From NCBI RefSeq assembly GCF_000039765.1, contig NC_004459.3:3166104-3198103 (forward strand): a DNA stretch of 32,000 bases. The letters are read 5' to 3'. Origin of the DNA: Vibrio vulnificus CMCP6 (lineage in GTDB: Bacteria; Pseudomonadota; Gammaproteobacteria; Enterobacterales; Vibrionaceae). The number at the start of each line of letters is the position of its first letter. The stretch's first letter is position 1. Both the position numbers and the translations under genes were made by a program. Under the pieces are notes generated by a model. The model was not told where the DNA came from, did no database searches, and worked only from the letters and a program-made list of their open reading frames with translations. This document shows positions 18,096 to 26,638 of the stretch, in pieces.

Positions 18096-19532
18096 ATGAA
18101 GCAGGAAATTACTCGCTTACCAAGTCTTCCCCAAGTGCTTATTTCACTGGGATTGTTTTTACTTTTGGCTTTTTCGTTTACCGCGAAATTAGATCTACCT
18201 ATTCAGCTAGCACTTTATATCGGCTGGTTCATTATTATGGTGTTGGGCTTACGTCTAGGTCATCAGTATAAAGACCTGGAAAAAGCGGCATTAAACGGAA
18301 TTTCGAATGGTTTGGGTGCTGTTCTTATTCTATTAGCCGTTGGCGCATTGGTTGGTACCTGGATCTCCGGCGGTATCGTACCCACTATTATTTACTATGG
18401 TCTGAAGGCAATACATCCTTCTATCTTCCTTTTAGCCACTATGATCATTTGCTCCCTAACAGCACTTGCAACAGGCACCTCTTGGGGCGCAGCAGGTACC
18501 GCAGGTATCGCAATGATGGGGATTGGCCAAGGCCTTGGCGTACCAGCGCCGATCACAGCAGGTGCGGTACTATCAGGCTGTTACTTCGGTGACAAAATGT
18601 CTCCGCTGTCAGATTCTGTGATCCTTGCTTCTTCAATGTCGAACGTGGAAGTCATGGAGCACATCAAAGGCATGCTACCTATCGCTCTGATCAGCTACAT
18701 CATTACTGGCATTATGTTCACAGCATTTGGCTTCCATTACGCAGGTAATGTTGACATGAGCCAAGTGGAATCTGTGATTAAAGCGATGGATCAGCAGTTC
18801 TACATCACGCCTTACTCGTTTGTTCCTGTCATTATCGTATTGGCGCTACTTGCCATGCGCATGCCTTCATTCCCAGTCATCAGCTTTGGTTCTCTACTGG
18901 GTATTATTTGGGCCGTGATGATCCAAGATGTGGATTTCCTAACCGCGTTCAATACTGCTTGGGCACCGTTTGCGATTTCTTCAGGCGTCGATTTCATTGA
19001 TTCCATCCTAAACCGTGGTGGTATGTCCTCCATGCTGGGCTCGGTGGCCGTGATCGTGTTTGGTCTTGGTTTTGGTGGTCTACTGGATAAAGTTGGCGTG
19101 CTAGAAACCATCGCGAAACTGTTTGAGCGTCGCGTGCAAAATGCAGGTTCTCTCGCAACCAGCACAATTGGTACAGCGTTTATGGGTAACGTGTTCGGTT
19201 CAGCGATGTACGTTTCACTGATTCTGACACCAAAGATTTGTGCGAAAAACTACGATCGCCTAGGTTACAAACGTAAGAATCTGTCACGAAATGCCGAGTT
19301 TGGCGGCACGCTAACATCCGGTATGGTGCCTTGGAGTGATAACGGCATTTACATGGCGAGCATCTTAGGGGTGGCGACGTTATCTTACGCACCGTTCATG
19401 TGGTTGAGCTTTGTCTGTATCGCAGTGACGATTTTCACCTCCTACATGGGTTGGTTTGTCGACAAGTGCGAGCCAACCGCGCAAGCGAGCGAAGAAGAAA
19501 CACTGGCAGAGACAAGACAACAAACCGCTTAA
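18096..19532 (+). CDS. nhaC: NhaC-family Na+/H+ antiporter
   Basis: 478-aa polytopic protein; 'LTALATGTSWGAAGTAG', 'GCYFGDKMSPLSDSVILAS', 'VPWSDNGIYMA'. Confidence 0.88.
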   Translation: MKQEITRLPSLPQVLISLGLFLLLAFSFTAKLDLPIQLALYIGWFIIMVLGLRLGHQYKDLEKAALNGISNGLGAVLILLAVGALVGTWISGGIVPTIIYYGLKAIHPSIFLLATMIICSLTALATGTSWGAAGTAGIAMMGIGQGLGVPAPITAGAVLSGCYFGDKMSPLSDSVILASSMSNVEVMEHIKGMLPIALISYIITGIMFTAFGFHYAGNVDMSQVESVIKAMDQQFYITPYSFVPVIIVLALLAMRMPSFPVISFGSLLGIIWAVMIQDVDFLTAFNTAWAPFAISSGVDFIDSILNRGGMSSMLGSVAVIVFGLGFGGLLDKVGVLETIAKLFERRVQNAGSLATSTIGTAFMGNVFGSAMYVSLILTPKICAKNYDRLGYKRKNLSRNAEFGGTLTSGMVPWSDNGIYMASILGVATLSYAPFMWLSFVCIAVTIFTSYMGWFVDKCEPTAQASEEETLAETRQQTA

Positions 19533-19547
19533 CCTCCGCCACTCAAT

Positions 19548-19579
19548 AAAAAAGCGTAGCCCTCGAGCTACGCTTTTTT
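19548..19579. terminator. Bidirectional terminator between nhaC and the convergent lipoprotein gene
   Basis: AAAAAAGCGTAGC-CCTCGA-GCTACGCTTTTTT. Confidence 0.85.
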
Positions 19580-19626
19580 GTTTGTCGTTTCAGCAGCACT
19601 CGTTGCGCCAACGGCCAACCCTTTGG

Positions 19627-20838
19627 CTAATTGCTCTTTCTTTGTGCTCTCTTTCCGAGTGCGTAACCTAAGCCAAGCGGAGCAAAGAAAATTACAGCGA
19701 TAAACAGAACAAAGTAAATAATCACGCTTTTGATCAGCTCAACCAACTTATCCATCGCCAGCGCGACCACATCTTGTGAGAGCTTATCCATGTCTTGAGT
19801 AAAGCTCACTCGTTCTTGCGTCACCATCTTATTCAACGCTTCTCTTTCACGCTCTATCATCGCAAACAGCTCAACCCTCTCGCGTGCAACCATGGCTTCC
19901 AACGCCGCCCTTTGTTCATCGAGTTTACTCATCTGACGCGAGGTTTTTTGGTCAATGTCAGCCACCAGCGGCTGCAACTCTATGGCCATCTGCTCCGCCA
20001 AGTTCTTCATGTATTCTGGGTTATTCTTCACGAAATCTTGAAAGGCCTCAGAAGTGGCCTTCATGGAGGCCAAGGTTTGTGACAAATCTTCGCCACTGAT
20101 GTGGCTGTTAAGTGCAATAAGCTCCGCTTTCCAACTCATGATCTTCGGCGTTTGCTCTGAAATCAAACTGAGGCGATCAGAGACATCGCCTAAGGCTTCC
20201 GGCATGGTGCCTAGCGTGGTTATCGCCTCATCTTCATTAATATCATTGGCTTTTAGCCAAGCGCGGTAAGCTGGTGTGGGATTAAATTTGAGATCGGTAA
20301 ATGGGTGTTGCGTGGCAAACTCGCGAACAAATTGCTGGCTGCTCTTGTACGAACTGTTCTTCAATAGAACACTCGCCAACTGTTCCACTTGTGTCAGTAA
20401 AGCTTGTGATGCATCTGAGGCGAGAGCCGATTCAAACTGCTCGCGACCCGGCCCTCGAGAAAAATAGTCGGTCATTTGCTGAGTAAACACCCAACTGTCG
20501 ATCAGCGCCGCAGTGGGTGAAACCTGATACGCAGCCCGTGCTAAACCTTCCTCTGCATTGATTTTCCACAACAAAATATAGGACTGGTGCAGAGTATCCG
20601 TCGCAGGATAGCCACTTTTAAGCGTATCCGCCGTTTGCTCGACTTGGGTAAAAAATTGCAATGCGTATTCACGCGTATGTAAACGAGTATTCAGCTCTTG
20701 CTGAGTCAACGGGGTGACTTGGCTATCCAGCTTCACCTCTAATAACGAGCATCCCGACAAACTCATTAGCACCAAAATAGGCAAACAAAAACTTTTGTAA
20801 AAAGCGACCATCGTTGAGCGAGTCATTGCTATAACCAC
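19627..20838 (-). CDS. Putative lipoprotein with coiled-coil region and C-terminal TM helix
   Basis: Lipobox 'LMSLSGC|SLLE', Glu/Arg-rich helical region, TM 'SVIIYFVLFIAVIFFAPLGLGYALG'; exact start among several Met uncertain. Confidence 0.7.
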   Translation of the reverse strand: MVIAMTRSTMVAFYKSFCLPILVLMSLSGCSLLEVKLDSQVTPLTQQELNTRLHTREYALQFFTQVEQTADTLKSGYPATDTLHQSYILLWKINAEEGLARAAYQVSPTAALIDSWVFTQQMTDYFSRGPGREQFESALASDASQALLTQVEQLASVLLKNSSYKSSQQFVREFATQHPFTDLKFNPTPAYRAWLKANDINEDEAITTLGTMPEALGDVSDRLSLISEQTPKIMSWKAELIALNSHISGEDLSQTLASMKATSEAFQDFVKNNPEYMKNLAEQMAIELQPLVADIDQKTSRQMSKLDEQRAALEAMVARERVELFAMIEREREALNKMVTQERVSFTQDMDKLSQDVVALAMDKLVELIKSVIIYFVLFIAVIFFAPLGLGYALGKRAQRKSN

Positions 20839-20895
20839 TACAAAAAGAAAAGGATGACGAATATAACCAGTATAAGTCAGAGAAATATCAGCATC

Positions 20896-22245
20896 TTATG
20901 ATGAGATGACAATCTCGCGATTGAGAATGCGTTGCGCGTAAGCCACGGTTTTATCAATGCACTCTTTCAGTTGCTGCAATTGTTGCTCTGTCGGTTCATG
21001 GCCATGCTTCATGCTGGATTCAATCTCCATCGCCACTTTACGTAAAGCATCTGCACCAAGGCTGGCAGCGACCCCTTTCAGGCTGTGAACAATGCGCTGC
21101 GCCGTTTCGGGATCATCGCGATAGGTTGCAACAAAATTGCTGTGCTCATCTGCATGATCTTGGACAAACACGCTCAATAACATCTGCACCGATTCTTCAT
21201 CTCCAGATAAAGAGTCCATCATCAAATCGATTTTAATCGGCGGCAGTTCTTCATTCCCATGCGGTACTGTCGTGGTGGAAACGGAACGGTTTCTGTCTAT
21301 CTCTTTGCCCTGCTCAACCAGAGATGTGTCATTTTGACGGCTTGGTTGCTCTGGCCTCTCCGCGGTTTGCACCGCTTCGGATGACAATCGTTCATTCAAG
21401 GTTTCTGTTGGTACGTGCAACACCTCATTTTCTGCCGATTGTTGTGGCGACTTCACTAACGTATTGCCCCAGTACAGTAACCACAACAAGCCCAGAAAAC
21501 AGAGCCCACTCACCGCAATCACAATCACGATGGATTGCAAAACAATATGGTGATACTGCTCTTCTAACCAAGATTGCTGGGCGTACACTTCATGGGTACT
21601 GACTTGATTAACCAGATGGTTCACTTCGGCATTTTGCCCAAGTACCACCGCCGATTGGGCCAACAACTTTTGTAACGGCACACGTTGCGCTTCTTCAAGG
21701 TCATTCGATAACAACACTAAATTATCGATATCTTTGAATACTGGGCTTAAGCGCGTGCTGTTACTTAACGTGGCCTCGGAAATATACGAGCCAAGTAAAG
21801 CAAAGGAGAGAATGGAATCCGCATGCGTTTGCTGAAGACGTTGGCGACGCACCTCAGCAACCAAGTCTGACAAGCGGCTGTCGATTTGCAAAATGGTTTT
21901 TACGCTGTCTACGTAGCGATCGGTGACGTGCAAAAACTGCGTAATATCAGGGGCAAAAAACGAGTGTACATAGGTTGCTTCGAGTTGAATACGTAACGCA
22001 TAAATCAATTGCACATTCAGCGAAATTTCATCTAACTTTTGGATTCTTTGTTCACGCTTGTAAGAAAATGCCGCGTGCACTTCTTCAATTTTGTTCCCAA
22101 CTTCCTCTACGGCATCGACCGCAGCACGCATGTTGGTGATTTGCATCCAAACAAACGCGACAGAGCACAACCACACCAAGGCAAGACCCAAAGAATAGCG
22201 AAATACCCATTTATTACTCAATCGAACCATGCTCCATCCTTGCAC
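20896..22245 (-). CDS. Membrane-anchored Hpt (histidine phosphotransfer) domain protein
   Basis: Two TM segments flanking a helical domain, long linker, C-terminal 'AQRIVHSLKGVAASLGADALRKVAMEIE'; no kinase catalytic domain visible. Confidence 0.8.
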   Translation of the reverse strand: MQGWSMVRLSNKWVFRYSLGLALVWLCSVAFVWMQITNMRAAVDAVEEVGNKIEEVHAAFSYKREQRIQKLDEISLNVQLIYALRIQLEATYVHSFFAPDITQFLHVTDRYVDSVKTILQIDSRLSDLVAEVRRQRLQQTHADSILSFALLGSYISEATLSNSTRLSPVFKDIDNLVLLSNDLEEAQRVPLQKLLAQSAVVLGQNAEVNHLVNQVSTHEVYAQQSWLEEQYHHIVLQSIVIVIAVSGLCFLGLLWLLYWGNTLVKSPQQSAENEVLHVPTETLNERLSSEAVQTAERPEQPSRQNDTSLVEQGKEIDRNRSVSTTTVPHGNEELPPIKIDLMMDSLSGDEESVQMLLSVFVQDHADEHSNFVATYRDDPETAQRIVHSLKGVAASLGADALRKVAMEIESSMKHGHEPTEQQLQQLKECIDKTVAYAQRILNREIVISS

Positions 22246-22305
22246 AGAGATTCCAAGTTGCTTTCATAAGCTTATAACACAATCCGCTAGGGTAATGTGA
22301 AGTCA

Positions 22306-22334
22306 CAAAAAAAGAGAGCATCTCGCTCTCTTTC
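22306..22334 (-). terminator. Intrinsic terminator downstream of yejK
   Basis: Minus-strand AAAGAGAGC-GAGAT-GCTCTCTTTTTTT. Confidence 0.8.
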
Positions 22335-22344
22335 TTCATTTGTC

Positions 22345-23346
22345 TTAACGATTTCGCGTCAGTTGGTCACGCAGATTTGGCGGCGTACCTTTGATCGTCA
22401 GCGTATCGGTCTCTGGATCGTAGAAAATGCGCTCACCCAACAGCAAGCTGTCGAAGCTCACGTTAAGACCACCACCTGCCCCAACATACTTAGTCAACTT
22501 GCGCACTAAGCCACGATCGGCAGGAAAACTCTCTTCCAAACCATAGCCTTGTTCTTGCGTAAATTCTAAGAAGCTCGCGCCAGATGGGCTTGGTGGTAAC
22601 TCGCCAGAAAGTTCGCGAATTTCCACTTCTTCGCCTGCTTTGATCTGGCCATTACAGTATTCATAGACTTGTTTCTTGTACTCGTTGACTTCTTGTTTTT
22701 CCAACTTCGCATCGGTACAGAAATCATCAAGTGCTTGCATCAATACTTGGTTTTGCTGCTTGCTGTCTAGGCCCACTTCCGCTTGCAAGAAATCGAGGAA
22801 GAAATCCGCCACTTTACGGCCAACTCGGCCCTTAATGTAAGAGAGATAACGGTTGGATTCTTTATCTGCTTCGTATACCGACAAATCAATACGCGCAGCG
22901 ATGTCCATCTTATTGATGTCCAAATAATCGGTCGCACTGATGTCCAACCCTTCTGTCACTTTCAAACTTTGATTCAGCGGTAATATGCCCACGAACAAAT
23001 AATCGGTCGCTAGGCTCTGGTACTCCGCAAACACAAGAATACCTTCGTCCGCAAACGGGTATTTTGCTAACTCTTCTTTCAGTCTTACGGCGCATTTTTG
23101 TGAGAAATCATAAAAATTCAGTTCGCCGCGTTGTAATTCATTGAGCCAAATCTGAAATTCGCTGTCAGATTGAAAACACCCAAAGCCTTTTCCTGCTTTG
23201 GAATGAAACACGCGATGCAGCTCAGCGACCAGATTTTCTGTAGAAGAATCATTGACCAGGGACTCAGAACGGTAGTTTACCATTAGCTCATCCTGATCAT
23301 TTTTACTAAGCTGATGCAGAATAACGTTTGAAAGATGCAGACTCAT
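22345..23346 (-). CDS. yejK: Nucleoid-associated protein YejK (NdpA)
   Basis: 333 aa; 'FFLDFLQAEVGLDSKQQNQVLMQALDDFC' and divergent yejL-yejM synteny. Confidence 0.93.
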   Translation of the reverse strand: MSLHLSNVILHQLSKNDQDELMVNYRSESLVNDSSTENLVAELHRVFHSKAGKGFGCFQSDSEFQIWLNELQRGELNFYDFSQKCAVRLKEELAKYPFADEGILVFAEYQSLATDYLFVGILPLNQSLKVTEGLDISATDYLDINKMDIAARIDLSVYEADKESNRYLSYIKGRVGRKVADFFLDFLQAEVGLDSKQQNQVLMQALDDFCTDAKLEKQEVNEYKKQVYEYCNGQIKAGEEVEIRELSGELPPSPSGASFLEFTQEQGYGLEESFPADRGLVRKLTKYVGAGGGLNVSFDSLLLGERIFYDPETDTLTIKGTPPNLRDQLTRNR

Positions 23347-23430
23347 AGTATTTTATCTTGCTTCAAGGTTTTAGTTGCGAGGCATTGTAGGTTATCATAG
23401 GCCGCTTTTACTATCATTATTAGAGTTTTT

Positions 23431-23658
23431 ATGCCGATTACATCGAAATACACAGACGAACAAGTAGAAACCATTCTTACTGAGATTGGAGCGGTGCTTG
23501 ATAAGCACGGTGCAACACCAGAATTATCACTGATGATTGCCGGAAACATCGCAACAAACGTTCTTAATCAACAAGTTGCCGCTTCTCAACGTAAGCTAAT
23601 TGCTGAAAAGTTTGCACAGGCACTGATCTCTTCTTTACAAGAACCAAAAACTCACTAA
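23431..23658 (+). CDS. yejL: YejL family protein (DUF1414)
   Basis: 75 aa; '[46 protein letters not shown]'. Confidence 0.93.
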   Translation: MPITSKYTDEQVETILTEIGAVLDKHGATPELSLMIAGNIATNVLNQQVAASQRKLIAEKFAQALISSLQEPKTH

Positions 23659-23679
23659 TAACGGATAACAGAATCAGAC

Positions 23680-25500
23680 ATGGTTGACAGCGGAAACTCA
23701 TACGGCGAGCGCGTATCCAGATTAGTTGGATGGGGTCACTGGTTCGCATTTTTCAATATCATTGCTGCGATGTTGATTGGTACGCGTTATATCACCCAGT
23801 CCCCTTGGCCAGAAACGCTACTCGGGCAATTTTATCTGGTTGTCTCTTGGGTTGGTCATTTTGGCTTTTTGGTGTTTGCCTTATACCTACTGATTCTGTT
23901 TCCTTTAACTTTTTTATTGCCATCGCAACGGTTATTCCGTTTAACTTCTGTGGTTTTTGCGACCACCGGATTGACGGTGCTGCTGATCGATACACAAGCG
24001 TATCAAAGCATCAACCTGCACCTAACCCCCGTGGTTTGGGAGTTGCTCTTTAGCGATGACAAATCGGCTCTCAGCGCCGATCTCCAGCATCTGTTTATTG
24101 TGCTTCCACTGATCTTTTTCCTGCAACTTGGCTTGTCGGAATGGGTGTGGAAGAAACAACGTAAACTCGCACACAAACATATTGGCCGCCCGTTAGCTGC
24201 CGTCTTCTTTGTCTGCTTTATTGTTAGTCATCTGATCTACATGTGGTCCGATGCTTATTTCTATAATCCAGTGACTAGCCAAAGAGCCAACTTCCCGTTG
24301 TCTTACCCAATGACAGCGAAAAGCTTTATGGAAAAACATGGCCTACTGGATCGTGATGAATACCTAAAACGTTTGGAAGCGAACGAAAACAACGTCGAGT
24401 TGGTGCGTTACCCATTAGACCAGCTAACGTTCAACCGTCGTGGTAACAACCTCAATGTACTGATGATCAGCGTAAACAATTTACGCAGCGATCGTCTATC
24501 GGCAGAACAAATGCCAAATATGTTTGAGTTTGCCTCTAACAACCAATGGTTTACCAACCACTACAGCTCAAGTAACGATGGCTATGGCATTTTTGGCCTT
24601 TTCTATGGCCTGCCGACCAGCTACGCCAGCAGCATTAAAGCGCAAGGTACCGCCCCCATTTTCTTGAAAGTCCTCCAAGAGCAGGGCTATCAATTTGGTT
24701 TGTTTAGCGGCAATGGCTTTAACGAGCCTTTGTATAGTGAAGTTATCTTCCGTAATCAGAATTTAGCGACACAGATCGAAGCAGAGAAAAAAGCGGAACA
24801 AGCGGTGACTCATTCCGATGCACAAGCGGTCGATGCGTGGAACGAATGGTTAGTAAATCAAGCGAAATCGCCTTGGTTCAGCTACATCGAAGTGACTGAA
24901 CTCGATAATATTGAAACCGCTTCGCTGCCAACCACGGCCAACGCGAGCGATAAATTCAAGCAAGCTTATGATGTTGCAGTGCGACAAGCCGACAGCACGC
25001 TACAACGTATTTTTGCAACCCTAGATGAACAGCAGTTAAGCGATAACACCGTGGTGATCATCACCTCAAATCACGGCAGCGAGTTTAACGAAACCCAAAC
25101 CAACAGCTGGGGCGCAAACAGTAACTACAGTCGTTACCAGTTGCAGGTACCTATGGTGATTCATTGGCCAGGAAAACTGCCTGCGCAATTTGGTCAAAGT
25201 ACCAGTCATTTGGACCTTTCCGTTACCCTACTTCAAGACCTGATGGGGGTCGCGTCGAATCCGGCTGATTTCAGCTCCGGTCGCAATTTGTTTGATGAAA
25301 GTAAACGCCGTTGGATCCTTGCAGGCGACACCCGCGAAATCGCGCTGATCACGCCAAGTCAAACGACGGTGATCGATAAATTCGGTAATTTCAAACTGTA
25401 CGATAACCACTATCAGAGAGTTCGCGACGACAGCCCAAAACTGCCCGTTTTGATGCAAGGGCTCACTGAGTTACAGCGTTTTTACGCTAAAAGTAACTAA
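23680..25500 (+). CDS. yejM: Inner-membrane sulfatase-like protein YejM (PbgA/LapC)
   Basis: 606 aa; five TM helices plus sulfatase-like domain 'NVLMISVNNLRSDRLSAEQMPN'. Confidence 0.93.
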   Translation: MVDSGNSYGERVSRLVGWGHWFAFFNIIAAMLIGTRYITQSPWPETLLGQFYLVVSWVGHFGFLVFALYLLILFPLTFLLPSQRLFRLTSVVFATTGLTVLLIDTQAYQSINLHLTPVVWELLFSDDKSALSADLQHLFIVLPLIFFLQLGLSEWVWKKQRKLAHKHIGRPLAAVFFVCFIVSHLIYMWSDAYFYNPVTSQRANFPLSYPMTAKSFMEKHGLLDRDEYLKRLEANENNVELVRYPLDQLTFNRRGNNLNVLMISVNNLRSDRLSAEQMPNMFEFASNNQWFTNHYSSSNDGYGIFGLFYGLPTSYASSIKAQGTAPIFLKVLQEQGYQFGLFSGNGFNEPLYSEVIFRNQNLATQIEAEKKAEQAVTHSDAQAVDAWNEWLVNQAKSPWFSYIEVTELDNIETASLPTTANASDKFKQAYDVAVRQADSTLQRIFATLDEQQLSDNTVVIITSNHGSEFNETQTNSWGANSNYSRYQLQVPMVIHWPGKLPAQFGQSTSHLDLSVTLLQDLMGVASNPADFSSGRNLFDESKRRWILAGDTREIALITPSQTTVIDKFGNFKLYDNHYQRVRDDSPKLPVLMQGLTELQRFYAKSN

Positions 25501-25546
25501 GCCGCTATTGGTTGGTGATTTTCTATTCACTTAGCATTCATAGGGC

Positions 25547-25575
25547 TTTACAAACGAATTCTGGGCTTATATATT
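25547..25575 (+). promoter_or_regulatory. Promoter of tRNA-Ser
   Basis: TTTACA (25547-25552), 17-nt spacer, TATATT (25570-25575), GC-rich discriminator GCCCGC (25577-25582). Confidence 0.65.
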
Positions 25576-25585
25576 TGCCCGCACT

Positions 25586-25676
25586 GGAGAGATGGCTGAG
25601 TGGTTGAAAGCACCGGTCTTGAAAACCGGCGTACGTTAATAGCGTACCTAGGGTTCAAATCCCTATCTCTCCGCCA
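25586..25676 (+). tRNA. tRNA-Ser (anticodon UGA)
   Basis: GGAGAGA/TCTCTCC acceptor stem, anticodon loop CTTGAAA, long class II variable arm, GGTTCAAATCC T-arm, encoded CCA. Confidence 0.97.
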
Positions 25677-25683
25677 CTTTAGT

Positions 25684-25715
25684 AAAAGGGCCACTAAGAC
25701 ATTAGTGGCCCTTTT
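25684..25715 (+). terminator. Terminator downstream of tRNA-Ser
   Basis: 14-bp perfect stem AAAAGGGCCACTAA-GACA-TTAGTGGCCCTTTT. Confidence 0.85.
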
Positions 25716-25975
25716 CGTTTCTGCCGCATCCAAATTAGTTATCTCTTCTTTTGCCAAGTAAATTCAGACACCATTTCTCACACAAATCAGCAAAAGTATT
25801 TATTCTGTTCAATCTTAGGCGTGTAGCTTCACGCCTCACCCGCGCCATCATGAAACATCGCTGTTTTTATGCACAATTTCCGTTAATCTTCTGTCAAATT
25901 CTCATCAATAAATTTGCACCGCAGTAAAATTAGGCGCAGACTTTTCTGCCGAAATCCATAGATTAAGAGGCGCTC

Positions 25976-26638
25976 ATGAGACGAGCTGAAAAACAATTTG
26001 CGGTGATTGGCTTAGGTCGTTTTGGTCTGGCGGTGTGTCAGGAATTGACCGATTCAGGTGCTCAAGTGCTGGCCATCGACGTTAATGAAGAACGCGTCAA
26101 GCTAGCAGCTGGTTTTGTCACTCAAGCTCTAGTGGCCAACTGTACACATGAAGAGACCATGGCAGAGCTGAAATTGGATGACTACGACATGGTGATGGTC
26201 GCCATTGGTGCAGATATGAACTCCAGCATTTTAGCTACTCTGATTGCCAAAGAAGCGGGCGTCAAATCCGTTTGGGTCAAAGCCAACGACAAGTTCCAAG
26301 CTCGAGTTTTGCAAAAGATCGGCGCAGACCACATCATCATGCCGGAGCGCGATATGGGTATCCGCGTGGCGAGGAAGATGCTCGACAAACGCGTTCTTGA
26401 ATTTCACCCACTTGGCAGCGGCTTGGCCATGACTGAATTTGTGGTTGGTTCACGCTTAATGGGCAAAACCCTCGGAGAGTTGGCTTTGTGTAAAGTCCCC
26501 GGCGTGCAGGTACTTGGGTTTAAACGTGGCCCAGAACTGGTCAAAGCCCCAGAGTTAGATGTCGAACTCGAAATTGGTGACATGATCATTCTGGTTGGCC
26601 CACAAGATGCATTGGCAAACAAACTCAGTTCACTATGA
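25976..26638 (+). CDS. ktrA: Ktr potassium uptake regulatory subunit (TrkA-N/RCK)
   Basis: 'KQFAVIGLGRFGLAVCQELTDSGAQVLAIDVNEERV'; 4-nt overlap with ktrB. Confidence 0.93.
   Translation: MRRAEKQFAVIGLGRFGLAVCQELTDSGAQVLAIDVNEERVKLAAGFVTQALVANCTHEETMAELKLDDYDMVMVAIGADMNSSILATLIAKEAGVKSVWVKANDKFQARVLQKIGADHIIMPERDMGIRVARKMLDKRVLEFHPLGSGLAMTEFVVGSRLMGKTLGELALCKVPGVQVLGFKRGPELVKAPELDVELEIGDMIILVGPQDALANKLSSL

Noticed and set aside
25586-25676. tRNA-Ser as an integration site for a genomic island
   Set aside because: No integrase next to it and no duplicated tRNA 3' end noticed nearby; flanking genes are core.
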